Source: Tagaea sp.
Lineage (GTDB): Bacteria; Pseudomonadota; Alphaproteobacteria; CACIAM-22H2
Direction: 5' to 3'
DNA length: 64,000 bases
NCBI GenBank assembly: GCA_965279525.1
Contig: CBDIIB010000005.1
Coordinates: 288,001-352,000, forward strand
Every line of letters starts with the position of its first letter. The first letter of the stretch is position 1. Below the pieces are notes generated by a model. That model was given only the letters and a program-made list of their open reading frames with translations. It was not told the origin of the DNA and did not search any database. Below are positions 35,640-44,977 of the stretch, in pieces. Position numbers and translations under genes: made by a program.

Positions 35640-35659
35640 CGCCGGCGGCCGGTCGCCGG

Positions 35660-36406
35660 TCAGGCGACGATCCGGCGCGGCAACGGAATGCTCTCGATTG
35701 GAATATCCCCGAAGCGGGCATAGCCCTCCGCCAGCGGCAGCTCGCGTGCGACGATCATTCCGTCGCCCTGAACGCCGAATGTCGGGTCGAGCATGCGCCG
35801 GCCCTTGCCGCCCGGCGGATCGAACGTCCAGTCCTGGAAGCCGAGAATGTAGAAGTTCAGCATCACGGCGGGTCTGTCGTCGGCACAGAACCAGTGCGCG
35901 TTACGCGAGACCTCGGTGGTTTCGAACCGGTCGCCGATGCCGAACCACCGGTCGGTACGCGTGCGCAGCAGGATGGTGTCCGGTCCAAGTCGCGCCACGC
36001 GATCCCATTCGCGCGCGTAGACGCGGCCGTGCAGAACGACCTGGGTTGAAATCAGGTTGTGATGGCAATGCGGCGGATGGACCTCGTGCGGCTCGAGATA
36101 GAGGAGCTGCATCGTCCACGACTTGTCCGGCGTGGTCTTCTGGTTGAGGATCTGGTCCTTGCGCTCGGCGAGTGCACGTTCGATCCATGGCTTCAGCTCG
36201 ACCGGCAGGTCGATGCTGCGATGGAGATCGCGGATCCGATCGATATAGTCGTCGGGCGTGATCTCGCGTCGCCCGAGCCGCTCGATCTCCACCTGCGCGT
36301 CCGTCCAGAGCCGCTCCCGGTACATGTCGACGTCCGGCAGGACGGCACCGGCGCGCGTGTTCATCTTGACGAGCTTGCCCGTCGCCGTCCTGATTTCGCC
36401 AGCCAT
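35660..36406 (-). CDS. cupin-fold protein, thiol dioxygenase-like His motif
   Basis: VHPPHCHHNL and RNAHWF give a 3-His pattern; GGAAGGA RBS upstream. Confidence 0.6.
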   Translation of the reverse strand: MAGEIRTATGKLVKMNTRAGAVLPDVDMYRERLWTDAQVEIERLGRREITPDDYIDRIRDLHRSIDLPVELKPWIERALAERKDQILNQKTTPDKSWTMQLLYLEPHEVHPPHCHHNLISTQVVLHGRVYAREWDRVARLGPDTILLRTRTDRWFGIGDRFETTEVSRNAHWFCADDRPAVMLNFYILGFQDWTFDPPGGKGRRMLDPTFGVQGDGMIVARELPLAEGYARFGDIPIESIPLPRRIVA

Positions 36407-36428
36407 CGTCCGGTCCTTCCGTAGTGCT

Positions 36429-37652
36429 TCAGTCGGGGTCCGCACCGAGCATCGTTTCGACAAGCATGCGCTGGAAATGGTGAACGTTCTTCTCCCACAC
36501 AGGCGAGAAGACGACCTTGTCGGCAACCGGCGACTGGCGCGCGATCTGCTGCTGTTCCCAGATCTTCATGTCCTGGCTGCGGATGCCGCCATAGTCGCGC
36601 AGGATGCCGGTTTCACCGAGCCAGCGCGACAGCGTCTTCTTGCGCTGCGGTGCGAACGCCGGATCGGTCGCGGCATCCCCTACGAAGAAGAAACCCATCT
36701 TCGATACGGTCCTGTCGGCTGCCGTCGGTGCGGCGATCACCGACGCCAGATGGTCGGACTGCAGTGTCAGCGTCATGTTCGGGAAGACCACGCTCGTGCA
36801 GCGCACGCGTTTCTTGCCCTCGGGGAACGGGATCAGCGGCAGGTCGCCGGCACCCGGGTAGAAATCCTGATCGCCGCGCCGCTTCAAGGTGACGACGGTC
36901 CCCAGCGGGATCGGCTCGGCGACCGGTTGGCCCGTGGCGAGATCGAGATCGTCCGAGATCTTCGTGAAGACGTTCTTGTGGACCCAGACGTGGTGGTACG
37001 TCTCCCAGTTGTCGTTCTGCATCTTCCAGTTTCCGCGCCATTCCCAGTCCTCGCGGTGGGCCATGCGCGTGGCGCCGATGTCCGCACCCTGGATGAGGTC
37101 GTCGAGCGGCCGCACATGCTCGGCGAACGGGGCAGCATTGGCGTCGATATTGATGAAGACCCAGTGGTGCCACACGGCTGTGCGGACGGGAATGAGGCCC
37201 AGCGCCGAAAGATCGAGATTGGTACGGCTGTTACCTTCTTTGGTGCCGTCGAAATAGGGCGTCGACTTGAGGCGCCCGTCGAGGTCGTAGGCCCACGCAT
37301 GATAGGGGCACGCGAACTGCTTCAATTTGGTGCAGGGCTCGGTCACCATCAGGGCAGCCCGGTGCCGGCACACGTTGTGGAAGACGCGGATCTGGCCGGC
37401 GCGGTCGCGGACGAGGATGAGCGGCAATCCTGCCGCCATGAGCGGGATTGCATCGCCCGGCTCCGGCACGTCGCTGGCGAATGCCAGGCACATCCAGGTG
37501 CGTGCAAATAGCTGCTTTTGCTCGATCTTGAAAAACACGTCGCTCGTATAGGCGACCGCCGGGAGGCCGCAGGCCTCGGCGATCGGCTTTCGCAGCGCCG
37601 CGATCGCCTCTTGCCCGAGAATGTCCGTTACCGTCGGTCCTGCAAGCGCCAT
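36429..37652 (-). CDS. Rieske oxygenase alpha subunit (choline monooxygenase/betaine demethylase-like)
   Basis: FHNVCRHR...CPYHAWAY Rieske motif; NWETYHHVWVH mononuclear Fe site. Confidence 0.9.
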   Translation of the reverse strand: MALAGPTVTDILGQEAIAALRKPIAEACGLPAVAYTSDVFFKIEQKQLFARTWMCLAFASDVPEPGDAIPLMAAGLPLILVRDRAGQIRVFHNVCRHRAALMVTEPCTKLKQFACPYHAWAYDLDGRLKSTPYFDGTKEGNSRTNLDLSALGLIPVRTAVWHHWVFINIDANAAPFAEHVRPLDDLIQGADIGATRMAHREDWEWRGNWKMQNDNWETYHHVWVHKNVFTKISDDLDLATGQPVAEPIPLGTVVTLKRRGDQDFYPGAGDLPLIPFPEGKKRVRCTSVVFPNMTLTLQSDHLASVIAAPTAADRTVSKMGFFFVGDAATDPAFAPQRKKTLSRWLGETGILRDYGGIRSQDMKIWEQQQIARQSPVADKVVFSPVWEKNVHHFQRMLVETMLGADPD

Positions 37653-37680
37653 CAGGTCCTCTTCCAGATCGTTGACACTA

Positions 37681-37696
37681 TGCCAAAAGCGGACCA
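37681..37696 (-). promoter_or_regulatory. sigma-54 promoter candidate for the Rieske-cupin-Mo reductase operon
   Basis: Reverse strand TGGTCCGCTTTTGGCA (GG-N10-GC). Confidence 0.45.
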
Positions 37697-37745
37697 GTGC
37701 TGCCTGGAATTTTTATCTCCGGTCCAAGTCGAATCCGCGTGCGGC

Positions 37746-37761
37746 TGGTCTGTTATTTGCT
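37746..37761 (+). promoter_or_regulatory. sigma-54 promoter candidate for the ABC permease operon
   Basis: TGGTCTGTTATTTGCT (GG-N10-GC with TTGC). Confidence 0.5.
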
Positions 37762-37840
37762 CATCATCTTCGGTGACGACAATGCCCCCGCGCCCCGGAT
37801 GTAACGAGACCTCCATGCGTATCCCGAGCAGGAGACGTCG

Positions 37841-38695
37841 ATGAAAGCGCGCTGGCATTTCGTTCTCGTGCCGTCGCTGCTGCTGACGCTTTTCCTGCTG
37901 CTCAGCTCGCAGATCGCCTTCCTGCGCGGCAGCTTCTTCAAGGACCTCCGCCTCGGACGCCTCGGGACGGAACTTACGGCGGAGAACTATGCCCGTTTCT
38001 TCACGGACAGCCTCTATCTCGACTCGCTGCTGCTGACGATCCGCCTTTCCGCGACCGTCGCGATTCTCACGCTCGCGATCGGCTACCCGGTCGCCTACAT
38101 CCTCGCGCGCATGCGCTCGCGCTGGTCTCTCGCGCTGCTGGCGGCGATCATCGCCGCTTCGTTCATCACGATCGTCATCAAGGTCCTCGGCCTGATCATC
38201 ATCTTCTCGAGCGGCGGTACGCTGAACCGGTTGCTTCTCGGCTCCGGCCTGCTCGAGCGGCCGCTGACGATCATGGGCGAACCGTCCGGTGTCGTCGTGG
38301 GGCTCATGCATTTCACGATGGGTTTCGCCGTGCTGCTCCTCTACGGCGTCATCCGGACGATCCCGCGCTCGCTCGAGGAGGCGGCCGAAATCCACGGTGC
38401 GCCGCGCTGGCGCGTCTTCCTGCGCATCGTCGTGCCGCTCAGCCTGCCCGGCATCGTCGTGACGGCCCTGATCGTCTTCAACCTTTGCATGGGCGCGTTC
38501 ACGTCGGCGGCCCTGATCGGCGGCGGCAAGGTGTTCACGCTGCCGGTCCTCATCCAGCAGACGGTGATCATGCAGACACGCTACGCGATGGGTGCGACGG
38601 TCTCAGCCGTCCTGATGACGGCGACGCTGCTCATCAACGGGCTCTCGGTCCTGATCATGGCGCGCTTCGACCGGCGTCGCGGGATGGTCGCATGA
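37841..38695 (+). CDS. ABC permease (PotB-like)
   Basis: EAA motif LEEAAEIHGA...VPLSLPG. Confidence 0.9.
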   Translation: MKARWHFVLVPSLLLTLFLLLSSQIAFLRGSFFKDLRLGRLGTELTAENYARFFTDSLYLDSLLLTIRLSATVAILTLAIGYPVAYILARMRSRWSLALLAAIIAASFITIVIKVLGLIIIFSSGGTLNRLLLGSGLLERPLTIMGEPSGVVVGLMHFTMGFAVLLLYGVIRTIPRSLEEAAEIHGAPRWRVFLRIVVPLSLPGIVVTALIVFNLCMGAFTSAALIGGGKVFTLPVLIQQTVIMQTRYAMGATVSAVLMTATLLINGLSVLIMARFDRRRGMVA

Positions 38696-39531
38696 ACCGC
38701 TATCGTGCCATCGCGGCTTGCCGCAAGGCGGCGTCCGGCTTCTGGCTGTTCGGCGTATTCGTGTTCCTGTTTGCGCCACTCGTCGTCGTCGTGGGTGCGT
38801 CGTTCGACGGCGGCGAACGGACATTCCTAAACTTCCCGCCGCGCGAGATCTCGTTCCGCTGGTACGGCCGGATCAGCCCGGAACTTTTCGAAGCACTCGG
38901 CCTCAGCATCGCACTGGGCTTCATCACCGCGGCGATCGCCTGCCTCGTCGGCGTTCCGGCGGCACTCGGCCTCGTGCGCGCCCAGTTCCCCGGCAAGGCG
39001 ATCGTCGCCGCCGCGTTCCGCGCCCCCCTGCAGATTCCCGCCGTCGTCACCGGCGTTTCGTTCCTGAAGCTCTACTACCTGATCGGCGATGCGACGGGCT
39101 TCTACATGGTCGGCACGCTGCCGGGCCTCGTGGTCGCGCACAGCTTCCTGGCCACGCCATACGTGATCGGGACGGTCTCGGCCGTGCTGCAACGCTTCAA
39201 CACGCGCCTCGAAGAGGCGGCTCTCAGCCTTGGCGCCACCCGATGGCGGACGTTCAAGCGCGTGACACTGCCGGTGATCATGCCGGGCGTATACGCCGGC
39301 GCGATGTACGCCTTTCTCGTCTCGTTCGGCGACGTACCCGTCGCCCTCTTTCTCGGGTCGAGCGGCATGCAGCCTTTCGCCGCGAAGATCTTCCACCTGA
39401 TGGAGTTCGACTTCGATCCCACGCTTCTTGCCATCTCGACCTTCATAATCTTCGGCTCGCTTGCGGCGATCTACCTGCTGCAACGCGCCGTCGGACTCGA
39501 AGAACTCAGCCGCTCGAGCGGCGGCAACTGA
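38692..39531 (+). CDS. ABC permease (PotC-like)
   Basis: LEEAALSLGA...TLPVIMPG, FLVSFGD. Confidence 0.9.
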   Translation: MNRYRAIAACRKAASGFWLFGVFVFLFAPLVVVVGASFDGGERTFLNFPPREISFRWYGRISPELFEALGLSIALGFITAAIACLVGVPAALGLVRAQFPGKAIVAAAFRAPLQIPAVVTGVSFLKLYYLIGDATGFYMVGTLPGLVVAHSFLATPYVIGTVSAVLQRFNTRLEEAALSLGATRWRTFKRVTLPVIMPGVYAGAMYAFLVSFGDVPVALFLGSSGMQPFAAKIFHLMEFDFDPTLLAISTFIIFGSLAAIYLLQRAVGLEELSRSSGGN

Positions 39532-39559
39532 TCCCCCTTTCTCTTCCAGGAGAACTCCG

Positions 39560-40645
39560 ATGACCAATTTCGACAGACGGCAGATCCTGACTGGCATCGC
39601 GGCGACGGGTATCGGACTGGCAGCCGGCTCGCGCGGCGCCGTCGCCCAGCAACCCCGCTTCGACGGTGTCACGCTTCGCGTGGCGACCTTCGGCGGCGGC
39701 TGGGACCGGGCGGTCCACAAATACGCAGGCGTGAAACTCGAAGCGCTCGGCGCGAAAGTCGAGTACGTGACGGCGCCGCCGCGCGACAATCTTGCCAAGC
39801 TGATCGCCGCGAAGGGACGTCCGGCACCCTTCGACGTCGTCGAGATGGGCGACCTCACATGGGTCGACACCTACGATGCCGGCTTCCTCCAGAAGATCGA
39901 TCTTGCGAACGTGCCCAACCGCAGGGACCTGCTGCCCTCGCAGTCCGACGAGTGGAAGGTCGCGAGCTGGGTCACGCAGGAAGGCATCGTCTACAACACC
40001 GAGAAGTTTGCGGCCAACGGCATTCCGAAGCCGGAGCGCTACAAGGATCTCCTCAATCCCAAACTTGCCGGCAAGCTTGCCCTGATCGACATCACCCAGG
40101 CCGGCGCCTCGCAGCTGATCGTCGGTGCCGCGATGGACGAAGGCGGCAGCATGACCGATATCGAGCCGGCCCTGCGCTTCGTCAAGGCAGCCAATCCGTT
40201 CCAATTCTGGAAGGTCGGCGCGCAGGCGGTGACACTGATGAACTCGGGCGACATCTGGGCCTCGACCATGCATGCGGGCTTTGCCGTGCAGATGCGCCGG
40301 GCTGGCCTGCCGGTCGCCTTCTCGCACCCGAAGATCGGCCCGACCAAGCGGGGGCTACTCAAGGAAGGCTGGCTCGGCGTGGTCAAGGGCACGCCGGTGG
40401 CGCGCGCGGCCGAGTTCTTCATCAACGAGTACGTGTCCGACGAGACCCAGTTCGGCCTCGCGACGGAGCGCGGTGTCGTGCCGGTGAACGGAAAATCCCG
40501 CGCCAAGCTTGCCGGCGATCCGCTGCTGAAGGAAATGTTCCTGCTCAGCGATGCCGAGGTCGGCAACATGGTGTCGGTCGACTTCAACGTGTTCAACCTC
40601 GACGATGCGACTCAGCGCTGGGCGCGCACCGTCAGCTCGCGCTGA
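39560..40645 (+). CDS. ABC substrate-binding protein (PotD/PotF-like) with Tat signal
   Basis: FDRRQIL twin-arginine leader, LRVATFGG, IVYNTEK. Confidence 0.88.
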   Translation: MTNFDRRQILTGIAATGIGLAAGSRGAVAQQPRFDGVTLRVATFGGGWDRAVHKYAGVKLEALGAKVEYVTAPPRDNLAKLIAAKGRPAPFDVVEMGDLTWVDTYDAGFLQKIDLANVPNRRDLLPSQSDEWKVASWVTQEGIVYNTEKFAANGIPKPERYKDLLNPKLAGKLALIDITQAGASQLIVGAAMDEGGSMTDIEPALRFVKAANPFQFWKVGAQAVTLMNSGDIWASTMHAGFAVQMRRAGLPVAFSHPKIGPTKRGLLKEGWLGVVKGTPVARAAEFFINEYVSDETQFGLATERGVVPVNGKSRAKLAGDPLLKEMFLLSDAEVGNMVSVDFNVFNLDDATQRWARTVSSR

Positions 40646-40658
40646 AGCGGAAAGAAGC

Positions 40659-41642
40659 GTGCGGATCGCGGTTGTCGGAGCCGGTGCCATCGGCAGCTCG
40701 ATCGCGCACGCGCTTGCCCACGCCGGGTGCGATCCCGTGCTCGTGGCGCGCGGGGCAGCGGCGGCTGCCATCGCGCGCGACGGCCTGCTGGTCGAACGGT
40801 TCGGCGAGTCCCAGAAGTCGCGGCCACGGGTCGTCGAGGATACGCGGGGCATCGAGCCGTTCGATGCCGTCATCGGAACACTGAAGGCACAGGACTGGGC
40901 CGCCGCGGTGCCGTTGATGAAGCCGCTTGTCGGACCGGAGACCTGCCTTGTCCCGGCAATCAACGGGATTCCCTGGTGGTACTTCCAGCGCTCGGGTGGC
41001 GCCCTGGAAGGAACGCGCCTTGGCTGCCTCGATCCGGAAGGCCTGCTCGAAGCCGGATTTCCGGCATCCTGTCTGGTCGGTGGCGTCGTCTACATGGCAG
41101 CGACACGGCTTGCCCCGGGCCGGATCGACTGGCCCACGGGCAAGCGGCTCGTGCTGGGCGAGATCGGCCGCGAAACCGGCACGCGCGTGCCGGCACTTGC
41201 CGCGGTCCTGCGCTCGGCGGGCATGGAAATCGACGAAAGCGCCGACATCCGGCATGCGCTCTGGATGAAGCTCCTCGGCAATGCGGGGTTCAACACGCTC
41301 TCGGCGCTTGCCGGTGCCACGATCTCGGACATCCTTGACGATCCAGACCTTCGTGCCGTCTGTGCCGAAACGATGAAAGAACTGATCGCGGTCGCCGCAG
41401 CCATCGGCGTCGATATCGACATATCGATCGACGTGCGGCTCGAAGCTGCCCGCCGGCTTGGCGATTTCCGGACATCGACGTTGCAGGACTTCGATGCCGG
41501 CCGGCCGCTCGAGACGGCGGCCCTCGTCGAGGCGCCCTGCGAAATCGGGCGGCTTGCCGGCGTCCCTACGCCTGTCCTTTCCACGCTCGGCAGGTTGTTG
41601 CGCAATGCCGTCGCCCGGCGCGATCGGGCGACGGGCGCATGA
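40659..41642 (+). CDS. ketopantoate reductase family protein (second paralog)
   Basis: IAVVGAGAIG, NGIPWWYF, WMKLLGN, TSTLQD. Confidence 0.87.
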   Translation: MRIAVVGAGAIGSSIAHALAHAGCDPVLVARGAAAAAIARDGLLVERFGESQKSRPRVVEDTRGIEPFDAVIGTLKAQDWAAAVPLMKPLVGPETCLVPAINGIPWWYFQRSGGALEGTRLGCLDPEGLLEAGFPASCLVGGVVYMAATRLAPGRIDWPTGKRLVLGEIGRETGTRVPALAAVLRSAGMEIDESADIRHALWMKLLGNAGFNTLSALAGATISDILDDPDLRAVCAETMKELIAVAAAIGVDIDISIDVRLEAARRLGDFRTSTLQDFDAGRPLETAALVEAPCEIGRLAGVPTPVLSTLGRLLRNAVARRDRATGA

Positions 41643-41736
41643 ATCCCGTACCGACGCGCGCCACCGAAACTAATTCGACAAGCCGGCCATGCCACCTTAC
41701 CGTGATGCCGATCGCGACGACATCGGTGCCACGCGT

Positions 41737-42873
41737 ATGACGCAAGATAGATCGCAGTCCGGGTCATTGCCCGGTATCGGCTGGGCGGCCGCAGCAATCC
41801 GGGCTCTGCCTGCATATCGTGGACCCACGACATTCGCCGACTTTCCCGACCCGGCGACTCGGCCGCGACTCATCCACCTGAACGAGTCGCCCTATCCGCC
41901 TTCTCCGCGCGTCGGCGAGGCTATCGCCGCGGCGATGCATGACATCAACCGGTACCCCGACATTTTCGGCCGCCAGCTCTGCGCCGCGATCGCCGGATCG
42001 CTGGATCTACCGGCGGCGCACATCGTGCTGGGTTGCGGGAGCGACGAACTGATCCATTTCGCGACCGTCGTGGCACTCGCGGCAGGCGACGAGGCCGTCA
42101 TCCCTGCGCCGAGCTTTCCGCGCTACGCGCTCTCGACGAAGCTGGCCGGCGCAAGTGTCCGGCGTGTGCGTCTCGATGCCGGCGGTGCGTGCGATCCCGA
42201 CACGATCCTTTCAGCCATCGGTCCGCGCACGCGGCTTGTGGTCTGCTGCACGCCCAACCCGCCTTCCGGCGGGATGATGACCGCCGAAGCGCTGGCCGCG
42301 GTTGCGCGAGGCGTGCCGGACGACGTCTTGCTGCTCGTCGACGAGGCATATTACGAGTTCGGCCGGCACGCCGGGGGTCCCGACGCGCTTTCGATCCTGC
42401 GCGCACGCAAAGGGCCCTGGCTGTCGACGCGGACATTCTCGAAGGCCTATGCGTGCGCCGCGTTGCGTGTCGGCTACGCGATCTGCGGCGACGATGGCGT
42501 TGCCGAGGCGCTACGACGCGCGAAGCTCCAGTTCAACGTGCCGACACTCAGTCAGGCGGGGGCGCTGGCCGCCTTCGGCGATCAGGCTTACCTGCGCACG
42601 ATGCTCGACCGCATCTCTTCCGAACGCGACCGGCTTTCCAAGGGCCTCGCGCAGTTGGGCTTGCGCGTCCTGCCGACGGCGGCGAATTTCGTATCGTGCG
42701 TGCTGCCCGGGGCCGCCGCTCCGGCAATGGCGGCCCTCGAGAAGAAAGGCATTTTCGTTCGTGACTGGCGGGACCCCGAGCACCTGAACGAGCTTCGTAT
42801 CGGCGTCGGCACCTCCGACGACACAGGTGCCACACTCGCTGCGCTGGGCGACTATCTGCGGGGTGAGGCGTGA
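41737..42873 (+). CDS. histidinol-phosphate aminotransferase-like PLP enzyme
   Basis: HLNESP, NRYPD, GSDELI, PNPPSG, DEAYYEF, RTFSKAY. Confidence 0.87.
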   Translation: MTQDRSQSGSLPGIGWAAAAIRALPAYRGPTTFADFPDPATRPRLIHLNESPYPPSPRVGEAIAAAMHDINRYPDIFGRQLCAAIAGSLDLPAAHIVLGCGSDELIHFATVVALAAGDEAVIPAPSFPRYALSTKLAGASVRRVRLDAGGACDPDTILSAIGPRTRLVVCCTPNPPSGGMMTAEALAAVARGVPDDVLLLVDEAYYEFGRHAGGPDALSILRARKGPWLSTRTFSKAYACAALRVGYAICGDDGVAEALRRAKLQFNVPTLSQAGALAAFGDQAYLRTMLDRISSERDRLSKGLAQLGLRVLPTAANFVSCVLPGAAAPAMAALEKKGIFVRDWRDPEHLNELRIGVGTSDDTGATLAALGDYLRGEA

Positions 42874-43397
42874 GGAAGGCCGCACCGCAAGGCGAACGGA
42901 TCATCGCCAGCCTGAAAACGGCACGGGTCGAGTTCGTCGTCGCCTTGCCGGATATCGTGACGAGCGACGGATTGCTCTGGCCGCTGTCCCGGGATCCGGA
43001 TGTCCGGCTCGTGCGCATCTGCAAGGAAGACGAAGGCATCGCGATCTGCACGGGCCTCGCATTCGCCGGCCGCCGCTCGGTCCTGCTGATGCAGCAGACG
43101 GGTCTGCTCGATTCGATCAACGCGCTTCGCGCGGTCGGCGTCGAGTACGAGCAGCCGGTCGTCATGCTGGTCGGCCTGCAGGGCAAGGAGCCCGGAATCG
43201 CCCCTGCGGATTCGGCCAAGGTATCGGTGCGGATCGTCGTACCGATACTCGACGCCATGGGCGTGACCCATCACGTGATCGAGAACGACGGCGACGAAGC
43301 GGCAATCGGTCCCGCGATCGAGACGGCTTACGACCGTTCCCGTCCCGTCTGCCTGCTGATCGGCCGGCCACCGGACGCACCGGCGGCACGGCCATGA
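42870..43397 (+). CDS. ThDP-dependent decarboxylase alpha subunit (ComD/phosphonopyruvate decarboxylase-like)
   Basis: LPD, KEDEGIAICTG, LMQQTGLLDSINAL. Confidence 0.8.
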   Translation: MRKAAPQGERIIASLKTARVEFVVALPDIVTSDGLLWPLSRDPDVRLVRICKEDEGIAICTGLAFAGRRSVLLMQQTGLLDSINALRAVGVEYEQPVVMLVGLQGKEPGIAPADSAKVSVRIVVPILDAMGVTHHVIENDGDEAAIGPAIETAYDRSRPVCLLIGRPPDAPAARP

Positions 43398-43969
43398 TGA
43401 AGCGCGACGCCTGCCTGAAACTTCTCGCCCGCCATATCCGGGATGAGGCGATCGTCGCTACCTATCAGGCCGCATTCGACTGGATGGCGATCGCACCGCG
43501 CGATCTCAACTACCTTTCGATCGGTGCGATGGGCATCGCCTCGTCGCACGGCCTGGGCCTGGCACTCGGCCGGTCCGACCGGCGCGTCATCGTGCTCGAC
43601 GGCGACGGAAGCCTGCTGATGAATCTCGGCAGTCTCGCGACGGTCGCGGCAGCCAACCCTCGCAACTTCGTGCATCTTGTCTGCGTCAACGGCGTCTACG
43701 AGGCCAATGGCAGCCACCCGCTGCCGGCAAGCGACAGACTCGATTTTGCCGCCATCGCACGTGGCGCCGGGATCGCCAACGCCGGGACCATCGATACGCT
43801 CGACGCGTTCGAGGCGGCATTGCCGGAGATCCTCGGCGGCGAAGGTCCGATCTTCCGTGCGCTGCTTGTCGAAGCGGGCGAGCCAAGCCAGCAGGATTAC
43901 GCCTACATCCATGGTGCACAGACGCGCCAGCGCTTCAAGGACGCGTTCGGCAAGCCGCCGAAAAGCTAG
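43394..43969 (+). CDS. ThDP-dependent decarboxylase beta subunit (ComE-like)
   Basis: GAMG...GLGLAL, DGDGSLLMNLG ThDP-binding motif, NGVYE. Confidence 0.82.
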   Translation: MMKRDACLKLLARHIRDEAIVATYQAAFDWMAIAPRDLNYLSIGAMGIASSHGLGLALGRSDRRVIVLDGDGSLLMNLGSLATVAAANPRNFVHLVCVNGVYEANGSHPLPASDRLDFAAIARGAGIANAGTIDTLDAFEAALPEILGGEGPIFRALLVEAGEPSQQDYAYIHGAQTRQRFKDAFGKPPKS

Positions 43970-44886
43970 ACCTTGCCCTGCGCTTCGGCGAACAGCCATG
44001 TGCGGAATGCCGCGATCTTCGGCGTGGCCAGCGCGCGCGGCGGGCAGACGAAATAGTGCGCGTAGCCGCTCGGGATCGAGATGTCGAACGGGCGCACGAG
44101 CCGGCCGGCGGCCAGGTCGTCGATCACGAGCGGCGTGCGGCCGAGCGCCACGCCCAACCCCTCGATCGCCGCCTGGATCGACATGTTCGACTGGCCGAAC
44201 CGCCGACCCTTCGAGATGTCGACGCCTGTCGCCGCTGCGGCATCGAGCCAGCTCTTCCAGCCCGGCGTGTTGCCGTCAAGCGTGAGGATGTCGTCATGCA
44301 GCAGCGGCACGTTGGCAAGGTCGCCCGGCACGCGCAGTGCCTTGGGGCCCTTCATGAGCCGCGGCGCGCAGACGGGGAACATCTCTTCGTCGAGGATCTT
44401 CTCGACATGCAGGCCCGGATACCGGCCGGTGCCATAGCGGATCGCCACGTCGGCTTCGCCTGCCGAGAAATCAGCGATCTGTCCCGTGGTAGCGATCGAC
44501 AGTTCGATGTGCGGATGGCGCTCGTCGAAGCGGATCAGTCTGGGAAACAGCCACTTCACCGCAAAGCCGGGCAGCGTCGAAACCGTCAGGCGCGGCCCCG
44601 TGTCGGTCTTGGTCAATTCGCGGATCGCATCGGCGACGACGCCAAGCCCGTCCCGCACGGCGCTTGCAAGCGCCTCGCCCTTGACCGTCAGCGTGATGCG
44701 CCGTGGCTCACGATGGAAAAGCTCGAAGCCGAGCTGGTTTTCGAGGCTGTGGATCTGGTGGCTGATGGCGCTCTGGGTAAGACCCAGTTCATCGGCGGCC
44801 ATCGTGAAGCTCTTGAGGCGTGCCGCTGCCTCAAAAGCGCGCAGCGCCGAGATCGGCGGCAAATGACGCAGGGGGGAGGTACCCAT
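43966..44886 (-). CDS. LysR-family regulator (GcvA-like)
   Basis: LRAFEAAARLKSFT...TQSAISHQIHSLE HTH; GLGVALG. Confidence 0.9.
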   Translation of the reverse strand: MGTSPLRHLPPISALRAFEAAARLKSFTMAADELGLTQSAISHQIHSLENQLGFELFHREPRRITLTVKGEALASAVRDGLGVVADAIRELTKTDTGPRLTVSTLPGFAVKWLFPRLIRFDERHPHIELSIATTGQIADFSAGEADVAIRYGTGRYPGLHVEKILDEEMFPVCAPRLMKGPKALRVPGDLANVPLLHDDILTLDGNTPGWKSWLDAAAATGVDISKGRRFGQSNMSIQAAIEGLGVALGRTPLVIDDLAAGRLVRPFDISIPSGYAHYFVCPPRALATPKIAAFRTWLFAEAQGKV

Positions 44887-44977
44887 GAAATCGGCTCACT
44901 TGAGGATTTAGGTATTTCCAAACAGAATGCCAATACCCGATCTTCTCACATGAACGAAACAGATGGAAGGGCCGCAG

